A stretch of 25,691 nt of DNA, from positions 1 to 25,691 of the IMG/VR virus record IMGVR_UViG_3300025410_000081; one strand, 5' to 3'. The stretch is from a virus. Its lineage: Duplodnaviria > Caudoviricetes. The notes under the pieces are model-generated. The model worked only from the letters and a program-made list of their open reading frames with translations. It made no database searches and was not told the DNA's origin. A program made the position numbers and the translations under genes. Positions 9,304-17,170 of the stretch are shown one piece after another; position 1 is the first letter of the stretch; each line of letters starts with the position of its first letter.

Positions 9304-9822
9304 CTACCACCCCGGACATTTCCAACGTTTTAACGAGGCTTTTGCCCGCTCGGCATCGCCCTTTGAATGCTCCACAACCCCTGACATCCGAGCGCAGAAA
9401 GAGTCCTTGCGTGGGCCTCCTTTTGGCTGGGGTGCTTTGAGGTGCGAACCAGTCTCACGATTGTACTTCTCGCGGCCCTTTTCGGTAAGTCCTGCGCCCT
9501 TAGAAACTGGTAATTTTTCACCGCGGCCAACAGCCAAAGATGGGCCACCCTTTTTCATCTTGGCAGTCTTTGCAGACTCCTTAAATGCTTCGGCGGTAGG
9601 CGCTCCTTTAGAGCCGGGTTTACGCATGTGTTCACCAGAACCGTGGGAAATACGTTCCTGTTTTGCATGGATGTTGGCATAGAGGCCGCCCGAGGCAAAC
9701 TTCTTTTTCTTGTCAGCCTCGACAAATTCTTTGCCAACCTTCTGGGGTACGCCACCAAATCCACCCTTTGTATGAGCGGCGGCCTCCATCAAGCGATGTT
9801 GTGCGGCGGATTTGCTTGGCAT
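9304..9822 (-). CDS. Basic three-module small protein (C-terminal module DUF6321-like)
   Basis: 172 aa, Lys-rich; C-terminal 'GLTEKGREKYNRETGSHLKAPQP..RKDSFCARM...SLKRWKC' recalled as DUF6321-like; modules separated by FASGG and MKKGG. Confidence 0.7.
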   Translation of the reverse strand: MPSKSAAQHRLMEAAAHTKGGFGGVPQKVGKEFVEADKKKKFASGGLYANIHAKQERISHGSGEHMRKPGSKGAPTAEAFKESAKTAKMKKGGPSLAVGRGEKLPVSKGAGLTEKGREKYNRETGSHLKAPQPKGGPRKDSFCARMSGVVEHSKGDAERAKASLKRWKCPGW

Positions 9823-9824
9823 GA

Positions 9825-10607
9825 TTAAGTTCCCGCACCGGTTACAAGATTGTCATTTTGAATCAAGATACCTGTAAGGTTCTGTGAGCAGATCAATGGG
9901 CCACCAATGCTTGCTTTGTACAAGTATTGGATGTCAGTCTTCTCTGTAATCTTACGAGGGATCTGTGTGTAGTCAATCTCAATTTGCTGTACAAAAGTCT
10001 GCTCTTGAACAATCTTTTGAGCGCCAGTCACGTTATCGTTAAATTGCACTTCAAAGTTGATCCAAGCACCGCTTGTAAATCCAATGTTTGCAGTCTTATA
10101 CGAACGCATGATATACAAACTGTAGCCAGCAGGAACGGTATAGATTGAGGCTTGGCTAACACCCAAACCGGGATTGATCTGAGCCAACAAGGTTGTGCTT
10201 TGCTTGAATGTAATCGTGCCCACGTTAGCGCCATTGGTCACGCCAACATTGTTGATACGCAAATACGATTTAACCGATGTAACAGCACTTGTGCCGTTCA
10301 GGGCAATCACTTCGCTAATTGGTGCAAAGTTAGCATCCAAACCTTGGATTTGAACGCTCAATGCGGTTGTATCAGAAGCCGAAGAACTGACGATCGTCAA
10401 TTGGGCTGCTGAAGATGGGAATGGATACAAACCGCCGCTTTGGGTCAAACCTTCCCAAAGAGGGCCAAATGCTGTGTTGCTAACTGCGGCTGAATAGCCA
10501 TAGAGCAAAAAAGGTGTGTGGCCTTGAATTTGTCCACGAGACACTTGCAAATTGAATGGCTCGTATGCGCCTGCGCGCGTAACTGAAGAAACGATACCGT
10601 TACTCAT
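9825..10607 (-). CDS. Virion structural protein (unknown function)
   Basis: 260 aa, beta-rich; 'FNLQVSRGQIQGH', 'VQIQGLDANF..ISEVIALNG', 'IYTVPAGY' resemble conserved phage structural proteins; AAGGA RBS. Confidence 0.6.
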   Translation of the reverse strand: MSNGIVSSVTRAGAYEPFNLQVSRGQIQGHTPFLLYGYSAAVSNTAFGPLWEGLTQSGGLYPFPSSAAQLTIVSSSASDTTALSVQIQGLDANFAPISEVIALNGTSAVTSVKSYLRINNVGVTNGANVGTITFKQSTTLLAQINPGLGVSQASIYTVPAGYSLYIMRSYKTANIGFTSGAWINFEVQFNDNVTGAQKIVQEQTFVQQIEIDYTQIPRKITEKTDIQYLYKASIGGPLICSQNLTGILIQNDNLVTGAGT

Positions 10608-10617
10608 AATCTATCCT

Positions 10618-10646
10618 TTAAAGAAGCGGGGGCCGTAGCCCCCACT
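10618..10646 (-). terminator. Rho-independent terminator
   Basis: Minus strand AGTGGGGGC-TACG-GCCCCCGCT then TCTTT; C(UACG)G tetraloop; directly after the stop at 10651. Confidence 0.75.
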
Positions 10647-10650
10647 CTAT

Positions 10651-12021
10651 TTAACAAGCCATTCCGCCTTTTTTCTTGTAAGACGGGGCTTTTGGAAAGT
10701 CCTGACCTTGATATACATCTTGGTCATACTGAAGGCGCGTATCAGCCTTAGCCTCCTTTACCGCCGGTGCATTCTCCTCAGCATAAATGCCTTGTAGGCG
10801 CTTATTGCCGGGGGCTACCTGACCACCTTTTTTATAAGTGCCAGACAGCATATTGATTGCAACGGGAGGAGCCTTCTTGCCGCTAACGCCTCGTGGGACT
10901 AACGCCACAGGTGAGCCTTGTTTATTAACATTGCCCCCCGTGGCGTAGGCTTTTTTTGCGGCATGCCCTCCATGCTTATAACCACCAGCGTTAGATTCCA
11001 TCACGCCGCCAGTAGCCTTGTGATGAACCTTACCGCCGCGCTTAAAGCCACCAGCATTACCTTCCTTCACGCCACCGGTAGGGCCGTGGACTTTGTCCTC
11101 GTACTCGTCGGTGTGCATCATGGTGTTTTCGTACTTCTTGGCAACGTTTTCAGAAACAGTGCCGCCAACAGCGTACTTGTGGCCGCCTTTAGCCATCTTA
11201 GCCAAGTGCATGTGATGCTCGTGCATCTTTGCGTGGTGAGCAGAGCCACCCTTAGCGTGATGTTGCTCGGCGTGGTGTTTAGCCATAGCCTTGTGGTGGG
11301 CATGCGAACCTTCTGGGTGACCAGAAACGCGATGCACTTTGCCACCGTGGGCGTGGTGAGCCTTACCGCCGTGCTTGTAGCCGCCTGCGTTGCCTTCTTT
11401 GACGCCGCCAGTACCGTGAGCAGTGTCACGCTTGGCAGTGTGCATTTCGGTTTCAACGTAAGGCTTCTCATCATGCTCAATGGTAGTCTTAGTCTCAAAA
11501 GCGTCCAAAGCCTCGCCGGTAGCGCCGCCCTTGGCAAACTTGTGGTGAGCCTTGCCGCCATGCTTCAGACCGTGGTGAGCCTTGCCAGCCTTCATGCCTT
11601 CGTGATGCTTCATTTCCTTCTCAAGATGAGAAAGGCGTTTTTCTTCACGACGCTCTTCAGCCTTGGACTCCATGCCGCCTTCAGCGTGATGATGGGCTTT
11701 GCCGCCCTTCTTCATAGCGCCGGGTTGAGTAGCCATCATCGCGGCGCGACGAGCGGCCATCGAAGGCTTAGCAGGACGAGCAACGGGCGTATTCAGGGCG
11801 GGACGACCAATGAGTGCTGGCGTGTTAGCCAAAGCGCCCATAACGCCACCGTCCATCATGTGCTTCATGTGCTTGTGACCATGCTCTTCCTTGGTCTTGC
11901 CACCCTTGGCTTTGTGAGCAACTTTGCCGCCCTTTTTCAGTTTCAGAATGACTGTAGGTTCATCAGTCATCATCTTAGGCATTTGGCTGAAGCCGCCTGC
12001 ACTTGACTTTTTAGTAGCCAT
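10651..12021 (-). CDS. His/Lys-rich low-complexity protein with about 18 xxxGG repeats (putative internal head protein/polyprotein)
   Basis: True start likely ATG 12021 (MATKKSS; AAGGAG RBS), 456 aa; the ORF-track start at 12099 overlaps the upstream gene; followed by a terminator. Confidence 0.75.
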   Translation of the reverse strand: MATKKSSAGGFSQMPKMMTDEPTVILKLKKGGKVAHKAKGGKTKEEHGHKHMKHMMDGGVMGALANTPALIGRPALNTPVARPAKPSMAARRAAMMATQPGAMKKGGKAHHHAEGGMESKAEERREEKRLSHLEKEMKHHEGMKAGKAHHGLKHGGKAHHKFAKGGATGEALDAFETKTTIEHDEKPYVETEMHTAKRDTAHGTGGVKEGNAGGYKHGGKAHHAHGGKVHRVSGHPEGSHAHHKAMAKHHAEQHHAKGGSAHHAKMHEHHMHLAKMAKGGHKYAVGGTVSENVAKKYENTMMHTDEYEDKVHGPTGGVKEGNAGGFKRGGKVHHKATGGVMESNAGGYKHGGHAAKKAYATGGNVNKQGSPVALVPRGVSGKKAPPVAINMLSGTYKKGGQVAPGNKRLQGIYAEENAPAVKEAKADTRLQYDQDVYQGQDFPKAPSYKKKGGMAC

Positions 12022-12032
12022 GAGTTTCTCCT

Positions 12033-13271
12033 TTAGGCTTGTGTAACGCCAAGCGCACCCTGACGGGTAGCATTGGGGCCGACCATGATGGCATTGCAAG
12101 CAATCGTAATCACCAAGCGGCTAACACCGTTTGTAGAGGACGAAGGCACGAAAGTACCGCGAACATCACCAGTGGTGCTGGTAGCAGTTGCTGTGTCGGC
12201 TTGCACGAAAGTACCGGTAGCGCGGGTAGAGGCGTTTGCCCAGCCCAAGCCAACCAAGTAACCAGCGTCAACCACACGAACGGGCAAACCGATGATGTCG
12301 GTAGTACCAACAGTCAATGCAGTGCCAGTTGCTGCCGAAACAGTGATCGAAGAGACTTGATAGAAAGCCTTCTTACCATTTACGGCTGTGCTAACAGCAG
12401 CGCTAGAGGTGATGGCTTCAGTCATAGCCTGACCGTAGTAGTCATAACCAGACACGGTAACGGTCACAGGAGCGACGCCCAGTGTGTAAGTCAAACCTGT
12501 AGGTGTACCAGCCGTAGTAACAACTGCTGCGCCGGCCGTGGTGGTCAGAGTAGCGGTTGTAGAAGTAACAGCGGTCAAAATATAGGTTGTGGGGTTGGTA
12601 TAGCCAGTAATCGAACCTGTACCGCCGTAAGTGCCGGAGATAGTCAAGCGTTGACCGCTGACCAAACCAGTTTGCGAGGTGAAGGAGATCTGACCACCAG
12701 TACCAGTGATTGCCACGCCAGCCAATGTGGTGGCAGCAGCGGTAGCAGTCGTCACGCTAACAGCGCGGGCGCAATCCAATTGGATCACGGTTGTGCCATC
12801 TGTGCGAGTGAACGATTTGGTCGATGTGCCAGCACTCAGGGTCAAAGCACCAGCAGCGGCTGGAGTTTGTGAGGCAGCGATATTGGCAGCAGACAAGGCT
12901 TGAGGAATCACGTCCCAAACGTAAACGCGACCCATAGGGCCAACGCCTAAGTCCATAGGAGAGGGATCACCAAGCAGCGCATTGCCAGAAGAAAACACTG
13001 TGATTGCACCTGTGGCGCTTGAAGAGGCGCTCAGTGTGTATGTGCCAACACCACCTGTACCGGTAACGAATGCGGTCACATAAGAACCAGCAGTCACACC
13101 AGTACCACCGATGTATTGGCCCAAGACCAATGGATCACCGGAAAGTTGTTGGGTAATGGTTAATGTAGTACCAGACACAGAACCGGCAAACACCGCTTCC
13201 GAGTTGGTAATGCCTGTACCCATGAACGTCTGGGCCGGGCCTAAGAAAAGGTCATCGCTAAATTGAGGCAT
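12033..13271 (-). CDS. Virion structural protein (capsid decoration / head fibre candidate)
   Basis: 412 aa, T/A/G-rich; immediately after the capsid gene; AAGGAG RBS; 'VTVSGYDYYGQAMTEAI...GKKAF', 'ATSTTGDVRGT'. Confidence 0.6.
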   Translation of the reverse strand: MPQFSDDLFLGPAQTFMGTGITNSEAVFAGSVSGTTLTITQQLSGDPLVLGQYIGGTGVTAGSYVTAFVTGTGGVGTYTLSASSSATGAITVFSSGNALLGDPSPMDLGVGPMGRVYVWDVIPQALSAANIAASQTPAAAGALTLSAGTSTKSFTRTDGTTVIQLDCARAVSVTTATAAATTLAGVAITGTGGQISFTSQTGLVSGQRLTISGTYGGTGSITGYTNPTTYILTAVTSTTATLTTTAGAAVVTTAGTPTGLTYTLGVAPVTVTVSGYDYYGQAMTEAITSSAAVSTAVNGKKAFYQVSSITVSAATGTALTVGTTDIIGLPVRVVDAGYLVGLGWANASTRATGTFVQADTATATSTTGDVRGTFVPSSSTNGVSRLVITIACNAIMVGPNATRQGALGVTQA

Positions 13272-13302
13272 CGTCTGCTCCTTGAAAAGTTTGACGAAGT
13301 TG

Positions 13303-13336
13303 AAGAAAAAAGGGGCTGGGTTTTATCCCAACCCCT
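13303..13336 (-). terminator. Rho-independent terminator after major capsid gene
   Basis: Minus strand AGGGGTTGGG-ATAAAA-CCCAGCCCCT followed by TTTTTCTT; begins a few nt after the capsid stop. Confidence 0.85.
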
Positions 13337-13343
13337 GTCGGCT

Positions 13344-14258
13344 TTAAGCGCCGGGAGTACCGTACGCAGAGCGCCAGTCAGTCCATCCGGGGATGTAACG
13401 TTCTGTTGCCTTGTAACGCATAGTGTCAGTCTCGAAGTCGCCTTCCATTGTCTTTTCCAGACGACGGCGCATCAGCAATTTCAGACCTTCAGGAGCGTCG
13501 GTTTGCACCCACCATGCTGTGGAACTGGTCAAACGTGACAGAACAGCAGCGCCTTCGTCCAGCAAGCCGATAGACTTGATGGGGTTGACGTCGTTGTTAG
13601 CAGTGCCAGTACGCAACACAGACTTCAGCAAAACTTCGGCTTGGAAGATGTTACCGGGAGCCACGATCAATTGACGTGGAACCAAGCGGATCTTCTTGCC
13701 GTTGTTGTCCACAGCCTGACGGATCTGGATCAACATTTGCTCAAGAGAGGTTTGCGACAACACAGCAGCAGTAGCCAACAAGTTGGATGCAGTGCCGTTG
13801 ACGATTGGGTGGCTAGTGGTGTTCAATTGAACGCCATCGCCACCAACATACGAAGAGTTGAACGCATTGTTCAAGATGTTCGCGCACAGAGTTTCTTTGG
13901 TTTCAATCAGAGATTGAGCCAAGTGACGTGCGTAAACTTGACCGATGCGGATGTGGTCGCCGTCTTCAACCAACACTTTGGTCAATGCGAAGGCCAAGCC
14001 ATAGACTTGGTACACATAGCGTTGGAGGAAGAGAACGCCGCCTTGCTGATAGGACACGGGGGAACCATCGGGCAATTGGGGCGCAGCGCCAAATCCATAA
14101 AGGACAGGCTCTTCGTGATAGTTACGGGGAATACCGTCTTGTTCGCGGAAAACGCGCGACCATTCATCGGTACGTTGATCATAGACTCCATCGAAGCATT
14201 CGTTGAGGATAGGTTCAACAATACTTCTAAAGTCCGTACTACGCATTGGTGCAGCCAT
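13344..14258 (-). CDS. Major capsid protein (HK97 fold, Mu gpT-like family)
   Basis: 304 aa; 'YGLAFALTKVLVEDG', 'LAQSLIETKE..ANILNNAF', 'PRQLIVAP', 'MEGDFETDTMRYKATERY..GWTDWR..YG..GA'; AAGGAG RBS; followed by terminator. Confidence 0.88.
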   Translation of the reverse strand: MAAPMRSTDFRSIVEPILNECFDGVYDQRTDEWSRVFREQDGIPRNYHEEPVLYGFGAAPQLPDGSPVSYQQGGVLFLQRYVYQVYGLAFALTKVLVEDGDHIRIGQVYARHLAQSLIETKETLCANILNNAFNSSYVGGDGVQLNTTSHPIVNGTASNLLATAAVLSQTSLEQMLIQIRQAVDNNGKKIRLVPRQLIVAPGNIFQAEVLLKSVLRTGTANNDVNPIKSIGLLDEGAAVLSRLTSSTAWWVQTDAPEGLKLLMRRRLEKTMEGDFETDTMRYKATERYIPGWTDWRSAYGTPGA

Positions 14259-14271
14259 GCTTTACTCCTTA

Positions 14272-14859
14272 TCAAACAGCAACCACAGAACCGAAGAACT
14301 GCGATTGTGAGTTAACTACACGGACGATTGTGTACGCGTCACCCCAAGCATTGCCGGGGATTGGAGCAATATCGACCACACGCATTTGTTGTTGGTTATT
14401 AGCACCAGCAGAAGAGCCAGCAGCCAAAGTGGCTTGTGACAATCCAGTGGTAGTAGAACCAGCAGCCAAATTGCCGGAAGTGAACGAGAACTCGCCACCA
14501 AGGGTGGTTTGAGCCATCGAACCGTCGGCTTGAATTTCATAAACGATGTTTTGATCGTTATAGAAATAGGCAACGCAGGAACCAGCAATATAGGAAGTAG
14601 AAGCGGGCCAATAGTTGGACACGCGACGACGACCAGTAGTGTCAGTCCACTCAACGCCATCAAATGCACCAGACCACGCTTGTGAAGTCGTAGTCACGGG
14701 CACGATAACGCCAGCGCCAGTTGAATAAAGAACAGGTTGGCCCTTCAGGATTGCTGAAGAGTAACCAGAGGTGATACCGTTGGCGAGAGCCTGTGCGCGA
14801 TCAAGACCAGAAGGATGATACGCAGGACGCAAACCAAACGGAGCAGAGGTTGCACTCAT
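14272..14859 (-). CDS. Capsid-associated (cement/decoration-like) protein
   Basis: 195 aa; 'APFGLRP', 'GAFDGVEWTD..G', 'DQNIVYEIQAD', 'GSTTTGLS' pattern of the gene usually found just upstream of this capsid type; AGGAG RBS. Confidence 0.65.
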   Translation of the reverse strand: MSATSAPFGLRPAYHPSGLDRAQALANGITSGYSSAILKGQPVLYSTGAGVIVPVTTTSQAWSGAFDGVEWTDTTGRRRVSNYWPASTSYIAGSCVAYFYNDQNIVYEIQADGSMAQTTLGGEFSFTSGNLAAGSTTTGLSQATLAAGSSAGANNQQQMRVVDIAPIPGNAWGDAYTIVRVVNSQSQFFGSVVAV

Positions 14860-14882
14860 TTTTAACTCCTATTTTTGTCCCT

Positions 14883-15422
14883 TTAGCCCTGAAACACAGG
14901 TGCTGGGACAGGTCTGTCAATGTTGCCTAAACCTTCGCCTTCGATCTTTCCGAGGTTCCTGCCGGAACTATCACTTGCCACGTTTTGCTCGGCTTGGCGT
15001 TTGATTTTCTCCGCCTCTTCCAATGGCATTTCGTGGTGAAAGTGCGACATAATTTCCTGATAGTAATCCATCGGGATCTTATACAGCAGCATTTCATTAC
15101 AAGCGATAAACCCGTCATGTTCGCCAGATTTGACTCGGTAGTTCTCAAAGCCCTTTAGTTCATCTGCTTTCACAGGAACGTAGCCGAGACGCATACGCTT
15201 ATCAATACTGTCGTAACTATTCGTAGTCGATAACCAGCAAAGATGCCAACCCGGTAATTCCGGAGTCTTAGGCAATGCGCTTTGTGTCCACTCGTCCTTC
15301 CACATCTTGCGACGCTCTTCGGCCGAAACGAACTTATCCTCCGGAGCCTCTCGAACTGAATCAAGACTCGCGCGATTTTCGCGTCCTCCAGCAGACAATG
15401 ATTTTTTTAAACGTGAATCCAT
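14883..15422 (-). CDS. Conserved head-module protein of unknown function
   Basis: 179 aa; 'PGWHLCWLSTTN..D.I.KRMRLGYVPVKADE...MLLYKIP'; GGAGG RBS; lies between scaffold and capsid genes. Confidence 0.65.
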   Translation of the reverse strand: MDSRLKKSLSAGGRENRASLDSVREAPEDKFVSAEERRKMWKDEWTQSALPKTPELPGWHLCWLSTTNSYDSIDKRMRLGYVPVKADELKGFENYRVKSGEHDGFIACNEMLLYKIPMDYYQEIMSHFHHEMPLEEAEKIKRQAEQNVASDSSGRNLGKIEGEGLGNIDRPVPAPVFQG

Positions 15423-15423
15423 T

Positions 15424-16389
15424 TCAATATCCTCCAGTAGTTCTGTTGCGTGCCTCGGTTGCGTAGCGCTTAATCATCTTCGCTCGCATCTCCGGGTTAT
15501 CCCACATGCCTGCATCTTTCATGGCCCTAACCTGATCGGGGTTGAGGGTAAAGGTATTCTTACCTCCACTACTCGCCGCACTTTCACGTCCGGATGAAGT
15601 TACAAAACTACGTCGTCTACTTTGTGGCTTCTCGTCTGTGTCCATAGTATAGCGGTGGGGCAGGATTCTTTGCAAGCGTTTATCTAACTCTTCCCAATAC
15701 TCTGGTGTTTTTGGGTCATAACCCTCATCAGCCAGAATTTGGTCTTCATTTAACGCCCTGCGTGAATCTGGATCTTTACCGTTGGGGTCGTACCAAGGGT
15801 TATCAGCCATCCACTCACTAGCGTGTCGTTGCAACTGAGGATCAGGGGCGGGTATACCCTGACGCTTTGGTGCTTGGTTCGCTTGATTGCGAATGTGCAT
15901 CAAAGATTCCACGTTTCTGCGGCTTTCAAACCACATTTCCTGTGCGGAAGCGTGGAGTTCACCGTTACCCGTGGCAATAGCCTCAGCCATTTTCTGTTTG
16001 GCGAAGTTAATCTTGGCCTCGCCGTCTTCAATTGCCTTGTTAATGCGGGCAACCTCAGAACCTTGAGACCGTTTCTCCAAAACAGACAGTCGTTCAAGCA
16101 AGTCTTGGTTTTGACGGGTCAAATGGTTGAGTTTGATGTCCTTCTCAATCTCAACTTGCTTGTGATATTCCTTGCGACGCTGGCGCTTCAAGCGTTTTTG
16201 CTCACGCAAAGCCTCAGCATCGGGGTCTACAGAGCCTGTAGCGGCTATTTCAGCACTACGGGCCTTCTCATCATCGTCTTCGTTGGCCTCAGCGACTGGT
16301 GCTTCAACGCCTTCCGGCAAATCCACTACAGCACTACCGTCCAACTCTTCCTTGATGGTCATCTCATCTGGACGTGGTGCGGTACTCAT
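15424..16389 (-). CDS. Putative capsid scaffolding protein
   Basis: 321 aa; acidic N-terminus, long coiled coil, 'WMADNPWY', 'GYDPKTPEYWEELDKRL', C-terminal 'LNPDQVRAMK..G'; ATGA overlap with upstream gene. Confidence 0.65.
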   Translation of the reverse strand: MSTAPRPDEMTIKEELDGSAVVDLPEGVEAPVAEANEDDDEKARSAEIAATGSVDPDAEALREQKRLKRQRRKEYHKQVEIEKDIKLNHLTRQNQDLLERLSVLEKRSQGSEVARINKAIEDGEAKINFAKQKMAEAIATGNGELHASAQEMWFESRRNVESLMHIRNQANQAPKRQGIPAPDPQLQRHASEWMADNPWYDPNGKDPDSRRALNEDQILADEGYDPKTPEYWEELDKRLQRILPHRYTMDTDEKPQSRRRSFVTSSGRESAASSGGKNTFTLNPDQVRAMKDAGMWDNPEMRAKMIKRYATEARNRTTGGY

Positions 16390-16823
16390 ACGAATGCCAC
16401 CACTTCTAACGGATTACCCGTCACTTTAGCGATCACTTCATGGTCGTTCAGAATAATGAACTCGGCTTTATCGTCGGATTTGTCAGCGCCGGGCACTGCA
16501 ACCTCCCACCTATCGCCTGTCCACTTGGGAACTCGCAGGAAATCACCCACTTCACACCATGAACCCTCTGGCCACGGCTCCATTGTGTCGCGTTTCTTGA
16601 ACGCCAATGGTCCAATAGCAATCACTTTACCGACAGGGTTTTGAGCCTTCTCAGTATCGCGTGTTTCTTGGGGCAAAATAATTCCCGATGAAGTGATTTT
16701 CTTCTTAGCCCTGCGTAATTGAACCAATACACGCGCACCTAGAGGAACTGCACCGGGGTCTACAACTGGAAAAGCCTCCAGTAAATCAGCCGAATCAACG
16801 GCTACCGTGCTAGTTGTCGTCAT
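16386..16823 (-). CDS. GroES/Cpn10-like co-chaperonin
   Basis: 'PLGARVLVQ...TSSGIILP...GKVIAIGP...VGD...G...EFIILNDHEVIAKV' follows the GroES signature (PL.DRVLV, T.GGI.LP, G.VVAVG, ILA.V). Confidence 0.85.
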   Translation of the reverse strand: MTTTSTVAVDSADLLEAFPVVDPGAVPLGARVLVQLRRAKKKITSSGIILPQETRDTEKAQNPVGKVIAIGPLAFKKRDTMEPWPEGSWCEVGDFLRVPKWTGDRWEVAVPGADKSDDKAEFIILNDHEVIAKVTGNPLEVVAFV

Positions 16824-16995
16824 CTTTTTCCTTTAAAAGATCATTGAGGATCTCTAAAGACTTGTCTAACCCTTGAAATTGTCCAACCAGACGCTGATAA
16901 GTCTCGAAATTGATGACGTGACCCGCCACCATTGACTCTCTTATCTTGTCTTGCTCCACTTTTACAGCGGAGATCAGGCTGGAAATAATGTTCAT
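16810..16995 (-). CDS. Small conserved head-module protein
   Basis: 61 aa helical, 'FETYQRLVGQFQGL'; coupled by ATGA to the upstream ORF and overlapping the GroES-like start. Confidence 0.65.
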   Translation of the reverse strand: MNIISSLISAVKVEQDKIRESMVAGHVINFETYQRLVGQFQGLDKSLEILNDLLKEKDDDN

Positions 16996-17168
16996 GCGTT
17001 TTTCTTGTCGATAGAGGACTTTTCAAAATCGCCGTGGTCGCTGTTGGCTTCGCTCATAGTCGCTTTAGATTTTTCTTTAATCTCTTGGCCGTCAATCCAA
17101 GCGCCCATCTTCAGGCGTTTTTGTTGACGAACTTGTTCACTCATTTGGTCTTTGTCTAACTGATCCAT
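16992..17168 (-). CDS. Small hypothetical protein (58 aa), absent from the ORF track
   Basis: Hand translation MDQLDKDQMSEQVRQQKRLKMGAWIDGQEIKEKSKATMSEANSDHGDFEKSSIDKKNA; GGGAG RBS; starts 2 nt after the portal stop; TGA overlaps the next ATG, filling the gap exactly. Confidence 0.7.
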   Translation of the reverse strand: MDQLDKDQMSEQVRQQKRLKMGAWIDGQEIKEKSKATMSEANSDHGDFEKSSIDKKNA

Positions 17169-17170
17169 GA

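Noticed and set aside
10918-12006. 362-aa plus-strand ORF
   Set aside because: Antisense shadow of the His/Lys-rich gene; its hydrophobic sequence is the codon mirror of H/K/G/A repeats, and it has no RBS or operon context.
12022-12099. Upstream start for the His/Lys-rich ORF (and likewise 8231-8263 for the Cys-rich ORF)
   Set aside because: They overlap upstream genes; the downstream ATGs have an RBS or stop-start coupling.
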